DNA of 64,000 bases from positions 682,001 to 746,000 of the forward strand of contig JALMLS010000376.1 of assembly GCA_038496445.1 (NCBI GenBank). Direction: 5' to 3'. This stretch comes from Trichosphaerium sp. ATCC 40318. Taxonomy: Eukaryota; Protista; Tubulinea. Position 1 is the first letter of the stretch. The number at the start of each line of letters is the position of its first letter. The translations under genes and the position numbers were made by a program. This document shows positions 1 through 12,389 of the stretch, piece after piece. The notes below the pieces were generated by a model that was not told where the DNA came from, did no database searches, and saw only the letters and a program-made list of their open reading frames with translations.

Positions 1-2284
1 CACAAACATCCTGGATCCAAACAGAGGTAAACTCATTCTCGTCAGACTTGCGTTAACTAGTTTTGTAGATCGGGCAATCCTGCACAGAAAAGTGCGATCA
101 AAATGGCAAAGTATGCGACGTAGTCGAATTAGAGCGCATGAATAGTGTCTCTCGCATGGAAGAGCTCTCAGAGTATTTATGCTTTGGTCCATTTATAAGT
201 AGTTGTTCCTCAACAGGAGTTACTCAAGGCACTAATGGTTTATGTTACTACGATGATACGCGTTGTGCCAATCAAGGTCGTTCTGTAGATCCTGTATCTT
301 GTGACGCAAAGAGTAATGACGAACGAACCGGGTACGCCTAATCACACCGTTGAGAGTTATTCTAACGTGATATTAGTATGCGCTTTTGTAAATGCTCTGA
401 ACCAGAAGCTACTCTGGCGCCAGTCGAGCTTGAAGAAACAACGTTTCCTCCTAGCGAAGAACCAACCGCTTTTGTAGTACACTACCAAACTATTTCTCCA
501 GCCTCTAAGCCAATAGTGTCTCTATTTCTCCTTGGAATCGTCTCATTTGGAGCAATATCTCTTAATAGAGGTCGTTCTATGACGACATTAGTATCAGTTA
601 TCCTCTTAGTCGCCTTGATCGCTTTCCCAGCACCAATTAAGGGACACAATTGGATGTTGAGTTTAAGTCGCAGATCATTCGCAAGTACAGCATCACCTTG
701 CCCTCCAAAACTTGACCATACACCTCACGCACAAGTTGGTCCTAACCAAAAATTCGAACTTGAATGGACAACAGGACATACAGGATTCTCTTATTTTGCT
801 ATTATACACTCAAAAGATGCTGATAAACTCAAGTTGCATGACTCACGAGGAGTACTCTTTGAGAAATACTTTAAAGATGCCCCTGCCGGAAAAGTAACAA
901 CACAAAAGATGTACCATCGTCAATACGAAGCACGCGCTAGTATAGCAGGTGAAGACGCTTTGTACTCTGGTCAGATTATGGAGGGTTCAAGCGATTTCTT
1001 ACCTCGTCCTGAAGCTTTCGGAGATTGGCGTGCAGATGCTAAGTTGTTTGGGTACAAGGATACTGTACATCAAGACAACTATGTAGAGTATGAACACCCA
1101 GATATGCCTTGGATAGAGGCTGTATTTAAAGCCGACAAACTAGTTGACAGACCAGATGATGGTGATGTTGTTCAGCTTAAAATTCCAGGACGAGCTGGCC
1201 CAGGAGAGTATATTGTTCAATGGGTCTGGGGTGGATACAGAGACTGTACCGATGTATCTTATGTAGAACATCAGGTCGAAAACATATACGGAGTTCCATC
1301 AACAGAGTTACAGTTCACGTACGTTTTTCCCTTAATACTGTTTTCTTGCCGTTTCTTACTTTTTTCTTCTTTTTTAGACGTGTTGATCACTGCTTCTTTT
1401 CAGATATCTATTACATTCCAGTATGTTCACGTGTTTTCAATGACTTTAATCAATGTGCATGGAGATGTACAGTATCTGGTACATGTGCTGGCATTATCGT
1501 TGCACCTCTAACAGTCAAGGACAACATATACAATGATGCAGCCAATGTGATACCAGATCTATGTTTAGCCAACTTTAACTTCTCAGAACCGCTTGATGCC
1601 CCAGCAGAAGATATCCTAGTATGCTACCCTGTAGTACCTGGTGTACCTTCTTCCACTGTAGGCGTAATTCAAACAGTACTACCAGGAGACCCAGCATACC
1701 ATTCAACATGTTTCATGAAAGGTGTTGGAAGAACATTCCCAGGATACAAAGCTCCAGAAGAAGTCAATGTTGATTGGAGACATGGAGATAAGTGTATCGA
1801 CTGTGATACATACAACAAAAACCGCCCAGCGAACAGCTTCCCTAGATGGCCTCTTTCTGATGATTGTATTAACTGCGACTTGGAACCATCAACGAAACCA
1901 CTCCCTATTGTACCCACAATGACAAAAACGGACAGTAACATGTTATGTGATGGTGTTTATGGACGTTTTCGTCATAGATCAAGCTATGGCAATTGTACTG
2001 CAGAAGAAGCCAAGACTTGCGTCAAGTACTTAAAGGTTCTTGGAGGTCACGGCGGAGGTGAGATTATGTACAGATCAGAATGTGCATACCTTGCAAGTCA
2101 AGACCCTGAGTGCTCTGACACGCTTGTAACACAGATTGAACCTTCGCAACCTCTAAAAACTATACATGGTGAAAGAGTACTTTACTGTAACTGCATGACA
2201 AAACGTCCTTGCTGTGAAGGATGCACTAAACTTGATAATCCAAAAACTGAGGTATGGGTACTTGACCCTATTCAAGAAATATAA
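1..2284 (+). CDS. 5'-partial membrane/secreted protein: Cys-rich ectodomain, TM helix, internal signal-peptide-like segment, histidine-brace LPMO/Bim1-like domain, Cys-rich C-terminus
   Basis: GT-AG introns 27-68, 332-376 and 1319-1377 join exons in frame. Motifs: WIQTEIGQSCTEKC...RFCKC; MTTLVSVILLVALIAFPAPIKG|HNWM..SR..PCP; WTTGH; GEYIVQWVWGGYRDCTDV. Stop at 2282-2284. Confidence 0.7.
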
Positions 2285-2617
2285 ACTAACCAAATAAACA
2301 TACAAAACAGTTTCATGCTAAAACATGAATTTGTTCATATAATATCCAAGCTTCAATTTTGTTAACAGAAGTCCAGCGTTGCGAGTTACGCGTGAACATC
2401 TTTCATTTGACATTCGCTTTTTGCTTAAAGTAACAAAAGTTCGCCTTCGCACACATACTCAAGTTTTACGTTTTGCTTCAGTGCTTCGGTGAATACGCCA
2501 ACTTTGGGTATATTAGCGCTACCCATTTAAGGAGGGGAAGGGAGTGGTGTCGGTGTATTATTATTTACAAAAGTGTACATGTGATTAAAAAATTATGAAA
2601 AAAACACTAAAACTAGT

Positions 2618-5279
2618 TTACAATAAACAATTCGACGCCCATTCAAAATGCTTTTGCTGAGACGTAAAACCGAATAATGGTGGAGATCCTGAGTTAACAA
2701 GGGCATCTGGCCATGTGTTACCCCTTTCAAGTACAGTAACAGGTTGTGAATCAAGAGTTTGTAAGCTCTTCAGCTGACCAATAATGAAAAGCCTAAAAAA
2801 GAGAATTAGTTAAAGAAAATTTGATCGTTCGTTGTTTTCTTGTTTTTCTTGTAATCTTTTAGGTCATACCTATACGCTTTATACTCTTCATCATCTCTGA
2901 ACATTGGCGAACAATGATTGTTGAGTGTAGACAAGTACTGAAGCTGTGGAAACACAGCACCAATCTTGTCAACAAAGGCCTTTATGTCAACAATCTTATT
3001 TCTATTTATACAAAGAGTATGTAATTTCGGAAGACAAGGGAAGTTGCTATCATGAGACATATCATTATTATCAAGTATTAATGTATGTAATCTATAAAAC
3101 CCTAAAAGGAAAAAATAAACATCAATCAAAATCGAAAAAAAGGCCGGAAAAATGTTTGGAAACAAATCAATGTTGAAGAGCTAGATGATCATAAAAACCT
3201 TCTTACTTAGGTTTTAGGACTGAAACAGGGTTTAATAAGAACCCGAAAGCAAAAAAGAAAGTGATATTGACGGAAGAGGTGAGGGGTATACGTACCTTGT
3301 AAGAATGATACATCTGATATTTGATTATCTGATAGATCTATATACTTCACAGAGTGCCTGAATTTACAAAACAAGGAATCGAACGCTATTCTTCTGCTTA
3401 TCTTATACCATTCTAATAGTTTTTCGTGTAAATTTAATAGTCCTGATGCATCACCTGGTGTCTTTAATAGTCAAGAAAAAAATAAGAATTCTCATGAAGA
3501 GCAAAAAAAAAAAAAAAAAGAACGAAAGATGGGATACATAGCAGAATGGTGCTTGGTTACTATGGGTTAACAAGTTTCCTGTTTGATCATCTCTAGCAAT
3601 GATACGTAGTTTAACGATACCAGCTTCGTGAGGAGGAGCTAGAAACTCAATAACACCGTTCGCAATAATGCGCTAAAAAAAAATTAGGAAAGGACGCTCT
3701 ACTAAAAATTCCTCACCTCAACTGGTACTTCTATCTGATCAAGCATTACGGATACTTTAGCATGTGGTAGATGTAGCGCTATATTCGCTTGTTTACTGGT
3801 ATCAATTGTGAAAGTGACGATAACGCGTGTGTAGTCGCAACCCTTTGAAACCAGTTAGTCAGTTCCACTAACTATTTTTGTAAAAGTAAAAGAACGTACA
3901 TGTCCTGCTTCTGGTGCACATGTTCCAATTTTAATAAGAGCATTTACTCCATTGCATTCAGATTTTACGTGAGCATCTATAGGGGCGCCTAAATGGATAT
4001 TTTAGACGTGCAACCGAGAAAGTTTTTCAGCGTAGTACCATAAACTGGAGCAGAATTTTGTGCAAACTGTTGTGCGTGCGGTAGTTGAGATGATAAATAA
4101 TTAAATATCTGAGGATCTGTAGATAAGCTCTGATTAGTTCCGTTCCTAGTGTATCTTTAATCGTTGGTAGTGTTAAACAAAAATAAACAGAAAAAACGTA
4201 CCATGAAGAAATATTGCCAAAACTTGAAGGTTCACTCAATTCCATAGGGTCCATGCCAGGTGTATTCAATCTAGGAGCCCATAGTATATCAATAGGCGCT
4301 GATTTATGTTGTTGCAGGGCTGTACTATAAATAGAAAACGAAATGTTAATGCACAACAAATGTGATACATTAACAAAAGGGCCAACGTACCTTGGTACTT
4401 TGAAGTTCCTGCCAACCACCTGAGGCTCACTTTTAACGCGTGGTGAATTCTTTCTGTTGCCAGAACGAGATAAATCTGCTTCTGAACGAGGAAAGTAATG
4501 TAGCAGAGTAGGAAAAGGTACAACACTCCATTGAATCGTTTCACCAACGCCCTATTTTGAAAAGAAGAACTTAGCATAAAAAGTTTTCGGAAAGGAAAAA
4601 AAAATTATTGGTGTACATGAGGTCCTGTAGTAACCAGTCTAGATCGTTTATATAATTTATACTCTTGACGTCTCCAACCTGTTCCTTTCCATGTTTGTCT
4701 TCTCATCACTTGCTCACCCTGGTCATTACGAGAGTTTTTAAGCTTGAAGCAACCTAATTTTGTATCGCTTAATGATGAGCACGTGAAAAGTTCGGTGTAT
4801 TTTTCGAAAGAATCGGAATAGTAACGCAGGTCTTTTTGGTTTAAAATGTGAGACACAGTTGAGTGATAGTAGAAGATAAAGCCAAAGAAACGGCCATGAC
4901 GCCTCGCGTACCGTTTTTTTCTTTTAGAATAAGTTTGATTGACATTTTCTTTTGCTTATCCCAGCTGACGTTATCTTGGAGGTAGTTTCTTCCAATATCG
5001 TGTTTGTAAAGGTAAATTCTACCAGCAGCGTTTTTATTGTCTGCTTCTATAGGACGTAATGAATATAAGGGGTGTATGAAACTTTTTAATTGTACCAGCA
5101 CCAATATCGGCCGTTTGAGAAGAAAACATTTCTTGAAGCCCATTTTCAAGCAGGAAATGTATCCAAGCGAACTCTCTGCGTCTTAATTCTTTTGAAAGGT
5201 CAATTGGCCTCTGGCATAAATGTGGCGCTGATTCTTGTAGAAACGCTTGTATAACATCAGCAGTGAGCGCCACTGTCAT
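2618..5279 (-). CDS. CG-1-like DNA-binding domain + IPT/TIG domain + LRR/LRRcap (LRMDA/U2A'-like) protein
   Basis: CG-1-like motifs GRIYLY..NYLQDNVSW, VMRRQTW and TLLHYF. TIG motif NGVIEFLAPPHEAGIVKL. LRRs LHTLILDNN and LHTLCINRNKI, cap YRLFIIGQLKSLQTLDSQPV. Multi-exon. Confidence 0.6.
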
Positions 5280-5717
5280 AATATAAAACTACCAGCAATA
5301 CGCTAGGTTTACGCGCTGCCAATTCGCGTTTTAGAACGTTATTTTCGCAAAATGACACGTAAAAAGTTCTTCAACGTCCTTTCGCACCACAAGATTTTGA
5401 GAAGTCAGCTTCTGGCAGAAGAAAATTCGTCATTTTTGCAGAAACGTCGCCAATTTTTTTAATTCAGTTTGTGCAACCACTACCGTTGTATGTACTTTCG
5501 TTAAGCTTACCACACCAGTGTCAGTCAAACCAGATGTCAACAAACTACAAATTAGTTTTGTAGAACGCACTTCAAAATGGAGTGATACCAAAAGGTGTCG
5601 ACACTATTACTGTCGCTAACGAGTTGCTCTAGGACTGACATAAAAACTCAAAACAAACACAAAACTATTGAACTTTTGGCGCTTGTTGATGTTTGAAGCA
5701 GAGTGTTAAAATAAGTG

Positions 5718-8200
5718 CTACGCCATACGCATGTACGAAAACATCTAAGAAAAAAAAAGAGGAAATAAAAAGATTGTTTTGATTGTCAGTGTCTTCTACT
5801 GAACTAACCGTTTCCAGCATGCTATCATTCGTAGTATGTACAATGGTTTTATTACTAGAATTCTTTTACAAAACTTACTTCTCTGATAGAGCAAGGTGTC
5901 TACATAGAACACAATGAATATCTTTTTTAGACTTTGGTAATTTCTTTAGCAAAGAACCAACGTCTTGAAAATTGCCAAGTTCAAACTTTGCTTTCCTTCG
6001 ATGATTACAAGTATTATTACCAAAACCTCCCACATTAAAAGTATTACCTAAAACAAGATTAAAAAAAAAGTCGGACTTCATAGATGAACAGGAACTGAGA
6101 CAAACAACTTTTCTTAATTTCTCTGAAACAACAAAAAACAAAAGAAAATTCTTTCGTACCAAAGTACTGAGCTACGTTCTCTTCTCTATCTTCTATACTC
6201 TTCGAAGTCAATACAGATGTAAGTTCCTTAACAGTCTCCAACGTAGATTTAGAACCAAATCTCCCACTGTCAGTGCGTTTACGGCGTAGTCTTAATGTCT
6301 TAACAAGTCTTGGTGATTTTGAAGCAGAGTTCTTCCTACCAGGTAATGTAGCAATACCATCTTGCTTCTTACTTTGACGAGGAAGAGTCCAATGCTTCTT
6401 ATCACCACCTTTCTTTTCTGTAGAATGTTTTCTTTCAAGTACTGTAGGACGCATAGACATAGCATGAGAAGAAGATCTATCTGTCTTTGTACCAGATAGA
6501 ATAACATTTGAAGGTCTAGGTGAGGAAGCAGCTGACATCGATAATACAGAACTAGATCTAATAGATCTTATTGAATTTTCTTCACTATCGTCATCTTTAG
6601 ATGTCGTTGTACCACCGTCTCTATCCATATTCCTTATAAAGTCAAGCATGACGTCTATATTATTACCCTTTATAATACGTCTATGTGCTTTAGTTAAAGG
6701 GTTATTTGATAAGCTTAGTTTCCTAAGATTAACGCAATGAACTAATACTTGTGGTATTGTTCTTATCTGATTTTCTTTAAGATGAAGCTCTATGAGCTTT
6801 GTTAATGTAGCAAATGTTGTTGATAGTGTGCTTAGGGAGTTGTAGTTCAGGTTTAGTATTTGAAGGTTTGGTAATTGAGAAAGCTCGGTGGGTGTATGCT
6901 CAAGTTTGAGATTATTTAGGTTGAGTGTTGTGAGGTTCTGAGTGATAGCATCATTGAGTATTGTGTTAGGAAAAGTGGTGTAAAATGAGTGTAGTATATC
7001 AGCGGGTATAAGGCGTAAATGTCTATGAGACAAGTAAGTAGAACGAATGAAAAAAAATTGACAAAAAAAGTTGTTAGGTAAAACTTGCCAAAACGGATTT
7101 AAAAAATGTAAATAACTCACTTTTTATCTTTACGTAGATCGTATCCCTCGCTGATCAATTGTTGCATACACTCCTTACTACCATTTTTCAATGCAACATA
7201 AAATACAGATGAACCCTAACCAAAGATAAGCACGTACACCCCCAAAAAAAAACATTCAAAAAAAAGTTAAAAAAAAATAAAATTTGTTTTTGTACCTTAT
7301 CACTCTGAGCGCCAATATTAGCTCCATGCTTTAATAATACTTTAACTGCCATTTCCTGGTTTTGTGACGCTGCTAAATGCAGTAATGTTTCTCCCTTTTT
7401 TTGAAAAACAAGTTTAGTAATTGCTCGCCAAAAAAGGAAGAGGATTACTGGTTACAGTGCTAAAAATGCTTCAAACTTACCTTATATCTCACATTTATAT
7501 TCGTTAATGAGCTTACCAAGCTTGAAAATTCAGCACTACCGTTTTCGCGCAATTCTCCAGCTACAAGCATAAACACTAGCGAATGTAGTATTTCTTTTAA
7601 CTCTTGCTCGTTGTGTTGGTGTTGTTGCGTGTTACTTTTTTCTTGAAGTTGCGCAATTGCTCGTAGTATCTATAGTTGATTTGTAAGCGTAAGCACGCGT
7701 TGCTGGCAATTTTTGTATTAAATCATAACATACTTCTCGCCTATCTTGCTCTTCACGCACACCAATAGAGGTTTTTAGGTCTTTATCAGATAACAACAGC
7801 AAACCAGCTCCGTCTAGAAATGGTAAATGGAAAATAAAACAAATAACGCCGCAAAAGGCGTTGTATGGCTTACCTATGTTCAATTCTAGCAAATTCTCTT
7901 CCCAACGCGTTGTGTGCGAAATATTTAATCGCCTGAACCAATCAACCACTGCCACAGTCGGCCATTGGTGTATATGGTACGAGCCCATAACGCCCTCACC
8001 GTTATCGCTCCGAGGGGTTATCATTGTACCAAGGTTTTTGCCGTATTAGCTTTTGGGCCTTGCCTACAGGCGTATGCGATATGTAAACGAAACAAACAGT
8101 TTATTAAGGCAAATTCTTGACTGAACAACACCTTTACGCTTTGTTGATCGCGCAACGTTACACATGACTGTAGTGTACGCCAAATTTACCTGGTACATTG
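5718..8200 (-). CDS. SAM + ankyrin-repeat + leucine-rich-repeat protein (both ends approximate)
   Basis: SAM motif HQWPTVAVVDWF...DGAGLLLLSDKDLK. Ankyrin GETLLHLAASQNQEMAVKVLLKHGANI. LRRs LxxLNLxxNxL in ORF 6059-7120. Confidence 0.7.
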
Positions 8201-8289
8201 TTATTACTTCACAACGTAAAGAGAACCGAAAAAAAGAAAACAAACAATTTTTACTAGTACACTTATTTTAATTGGTTTCTAATACAATT

Positions 8290-10360
8290 TTACTTGTTTA
8301 ATAGTCGTTGTGTTTGATTATCGGCAACGCGTAAGTTGTCTGAAACTACATCAGCTTGCGCGTTTATTCTACGAAAGACACCTGTTAGCAACAAAGACGA
8401 TAAGTTGCAGAGGCGCACCGTTTTATTTTTATTGTAGACTCATCAATAGCATTACCCATGACTTTACCCTTTACGCCTATTCTATCAACTGCCGCACCGA
8501 TTTTATCGATTATATCGTCCGTTTCGTCAAAATCTTTAATGAGCTATTGAAAAATTGATTAATAACGTCACAAGACCTGTTAGCCTGTACCTGCTCAGAA
8601 GCATTACTAGATAAAAGAGACGACGTCTTTGGATGAGCAGAAGGTCGATTAAACCCTAGTGGCGCAAGTCAGACAAAGAACAAAAAAACGCGGTAAAGAA
8701 CTCTCAGCTGTTGCTCGTACCACTAGCTGTACGTTTTTGTCCTGTTGGCACCATACTCAGTCGTGGATCGCCTAATAAAGATAAGAACTTGTGTTTTGAG
8801 TGAAAACAAAAAAAGTTGAGAACAAAAAATATGTAACGCACCATAGTCGAAAGGAGCTGCTCCTTCTTCAAACTCTACAGGCAAAACCTTATTACATGCT
8901 TCTACACAACGTATAACGAGTTCGTTTACAATCAGTTGAATGTATGCAGACAGCATGTTAATTTGTTTGACATTGCCAATGTCCTTTTTCAAATTAATGT
9001 ACATATGAAATGGCTTTTCTCGCGTTATAATCTTGTCTATATTACTATAATCAACCACCAGCGCATGGTTGTTTTTATCTGCATTGAATAGAGCAAACTT
9101 CGTTGCACCAAGGCTATAACAAGTAAGCTACAAGAAAAACAAAGAGAAATTTGGGAAAAATAAAACATGGAAAATGTTTTCCTAACGTTGTACCGTAGCA
9201 AGGTGAGTTGGAATCCACTGGCATGTAGAAATCTCCCTGTATGTTTATGCAAAACTTCAACATCCATGTAAGGCTCTGGTACTGGACCTTCGTCTTTAAC
9301 TTTAATTGGCACATCATTGCCTCCAACTTTTTCTACTTTCTTTTTTTTCAGAATACGAAATTGTATGCCTTTGATTATCTTCTTATGTGGCCATGCCTCC
9401 CTTATTTCCATTTTACGTAATATCTTCCTTGAAAGGTCGATATTGTAATCGATATTATCAAGTGTACGTTCAATATTATCAAGTCTTTCATCCTGTTTAA
9501 ATTGATTAATTTCAATGCCTGACAACATTTTTTTTTTTGAGGTTACCTGTACAGCAAGTTCCTCTAAAATATTATCCTCCTGCTCCTCTATATCTAAAGC
9601 AAGCCTCAAAGCATCTCTAGCGCCTTGAACGTTTACCTGTGGTCGTAATTATTATTTTCTCAATCCTAAATAGGCAAAGTATTCCGTACTCGTTTTTGTG
9701 TTTGTTGTTGCTGGTATCCTCCTGTACGAGACGCTTTTTCTAGTTCTTGTTTTTCTTTCCTAATCGCATTCTCTATATCTTGTGCTCTGACGTTACATAT
9801 TGTAGCTGGGTTCTTCCACAGGTGAGTCATTAGCGAGAAGGCTTTATCTCTGAACTGCATATTGGCTCCCCATTTGAATGAGTCTACGTAAAAGTTAGTT
9901 TTCGTAGCGCTTGGTATGTACACAAGAAGAGCTAACACGTTTTACAGAAAATTATATTTGGCGAGTTGAAAAACTTACGTGTTGAGCCATCTTCCATGTC
10001 AATTTTGACCGCTGCGAGGTCGTTGTTAGGTTACGTAAAATAAATAATAAACCGTTAGGCGTGTTGTACGTACAATCATCGATAAATAACATTTTCCGCT
10101 TTTCTATATTGCGTATACGCCTGTAGGCCATTTTTATAACGCTGGAGCCAAGGTAATGGGAAAAACAAACAAAATTTTGGCTAAAGAATAGGCAGCCTAC
10201 AAATGTAAATTGTAACCAAGAACCACTGTATAGTACCTTGTTTTGGTACAACGCCATCAAACAAAGCGCAATTTGTGTACCACAGTAGGTTTTCAGTCTC
10301 AGGGAGGCTGAATCTTGCTCTAAAGTCTAGTTCCCTTTCAGCCATCTTTTCCTTACTCAT
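8290..10360 (-). CDS. SNAP47-like Qbc-SNARE with N-terminal GRAM/PH-like domain
   Basis: GRAM-like FRARFSLPETENLL..C...LFFSQNFVCFSH. SNARE coil 1 LEELAVQ|DERLDNIERTLDNIDYNIDLSRKILRKME. C-terminal coil 2 DDIIDKIGAAVDRIGVKGKVMGNAIDES...VSDNLRVADNQTQRLLNK*. No TM anchor seen. Confidence 0.6.
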
Positions 10361-10611
10361 GCTAACCAGTGGATTAATTGCAAACCGCTGTTGACTTTTA
10401 TAAAATTTAACATGTGTATTAGTACGCTATCCCGCCATCATTACGTGGTTTACGTAGTTTGGTACATCATTTAGCGGATAAACTAACCGGATAATAAATG
10501 TTAAAAAGAAGCTTCTGGAAGGCGTCCTCAGAAAACTGCCAACAATTACCAAACTCGCCAATCGTTTTGAAGTTGGCAACACGTAAATACACGCAATCAA
10601 ATACTCTCAAA

Positions 10612-11998
10612 ATGGCTAAAGCAGTAACCGCCGATTTACTTATAGCTGAGGCCTTATTATGGTTTAGGGAGGTAACACATGGCATGACGAGATCAGCAAA
10701 GACGGCGCATTTGTCCGCGAAGGTAAGAATATGTCGAAGCTTCCCCAATTTGCATTTACCCGGTTTCTTACGCGTATACTAGCGACGGCCTTTCATAACG
10801 TCATAACAGCTGACGGTTCAAGTGGATACAAGGCAGAAAAAGATAGGTATCATCTTTACGTAGCAAACGCTTGCCCTTGGGTACGTACTCAGCAATTTTC
10901 TATGCCTGAAGCTTATTACGGTTAGGCACATCGTACAATGACTGTGCGCGCCCTGAAAGGTACGTAAAAAACTCTTCAGCCTAAACAAACAATGCGTCTA
11001 GGTCTTCAAGACGTCATTTCTGTGACAGTTGTAGAACCACACCTCTCAAACAAGGGTACTCGCACCAACAATATTGTGTATTCTAACAGCTTTAGGTTGG
11101 ACGTTCAATAAAGACATTCCAGGATGTACAGAAGATCCAATCTTCGGCGCAACAGAGCTTCGCCAAGTGTATCTCAAATCCAACCCAAAATATGTCGGAC
11201 GTATTACTGTACCTGTTCTTTTCGATAAACAGGTATGCTACAGCGATCTACCACGATTTTTTCTCCACCTCTAACTTTGCCTCACTTAGACGAAAACAAT
11301 CGTTAACAACGAGTCATCTGAAATCATTAGAATGTTTAACACTGCATTTAATGCCTTCTCTTCCAAGCCAGAAGTTGATTTCTATCCTGAAAGCTTACGC
11401 AAAGAGATTGATGCTCTAAATGACTGGATTTACCCTTGCATTAACAATGGTGTCTACAAGTGTGGTTTCGCAAAGTACACAAAAACCAAGAGCATAATTG
11501 CGTTTCTGCTATTCTCACAGCTTCAATAGGGAACAAAAGCCTTACGTTGAAGCATTTAACGCCTTGTTTGAAGCGCTAGATAAAGTTGAAGGTATTCTAA
11601 GCAAGACAAGATACTTGACAGGAGATACTCTTACTGAAGCTGATATCCGTCTATGGACTACCCTTGTTCGTTTTGATAACGTGTACTATGGTGAGTTTAT
11701 CTTTTTTGAGCACTGGTTAATTTGAGATTTAGTACACTTCAAGTGCAACGGAAAACGCATCGTTGATTACCCTAATACCTGGGCCTTCACCAGAGATATC
11801 TATCAAGTCACGGGGGTAAAGGAAACTGTCATTATGGACCATATTAAGGAGCACTACTACGGAAGGTTCGTTAGTTCATTGCTACTATCTTGTCTGTTGT
11901 ATTAACATCCTATTAGTCACGACCATATTAACCCTTACGGTATTATTCCTGTTGGTCCTCTAGGCATTAATTTTGATGAACCACATGGACGTAAGTAA
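10612..11998 (+). CDS. ECM4: Glutathionyl-hydroquinone reductase / omega-like GST (ECM4/YqjG family)
   Basis: RYHLYVANACPWAHR, GRITVPVLFDK, IVNNESSEIIRM, INNGVYKCGFA, EADIRLWTTLVRFD.VY..HFKCN, HIKEHYY..INPYGIIPVGP. Confidence 0.93.
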
Positions 11999-12213
11999 TT
12001 ATAACCGTTGTGTCAGAAGAATAAAAAAAACCCAATGTTTGTTTGACTTCATCTTCGTTCCAGTCGAATAACCTCATAGTCTATTTTCATCTTCTCTTTC
12101 AAGTGAACCAAGGAGGCTGATGAGGTTACAGTTTATCGTCCGACATTGTTATAAATGTTATTGTCCGTATCATTCAAGTTTGCGTCAGGTTTGGCAGAAG
12201 TATCAAAGTGTAA

Positions 12214-12320
12214 GATCTTGCAAGAACTAACAAAACTGACAGATCTTGTAAGTTCTGCTAGTTCTTGCAAGTTCTGTCAGATTTTGTCCGTTTTGATAGT
12301 TCTTGCAAGAACTGACAGCT
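12214..12320. repeat. Left subterminal repeat array (AGATCTTGC/AGAACTGAC motifs in both orientations)
   Basis: Repeated TCTTGCAAG, TCTTGTAAG and ACTGACAG. AGATCTTGCAAGAACTAACAA is shared with the right array. Confidence 0.75.
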
Positions 12321-12389
12321 TTGATAAAAACCTGCAGAACCAATGCAATGTGAATGCATCACATTCTATAACTCATGACAACGTGCGCC

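Noticed and set aside
12060-12150. CTGATGA with upstream complement TAACCTCAT: hammerhead or C/D snoRNA
   Set aside because: No downstream GAAA/stem II and no suitably placed D box; only a short hairpin.
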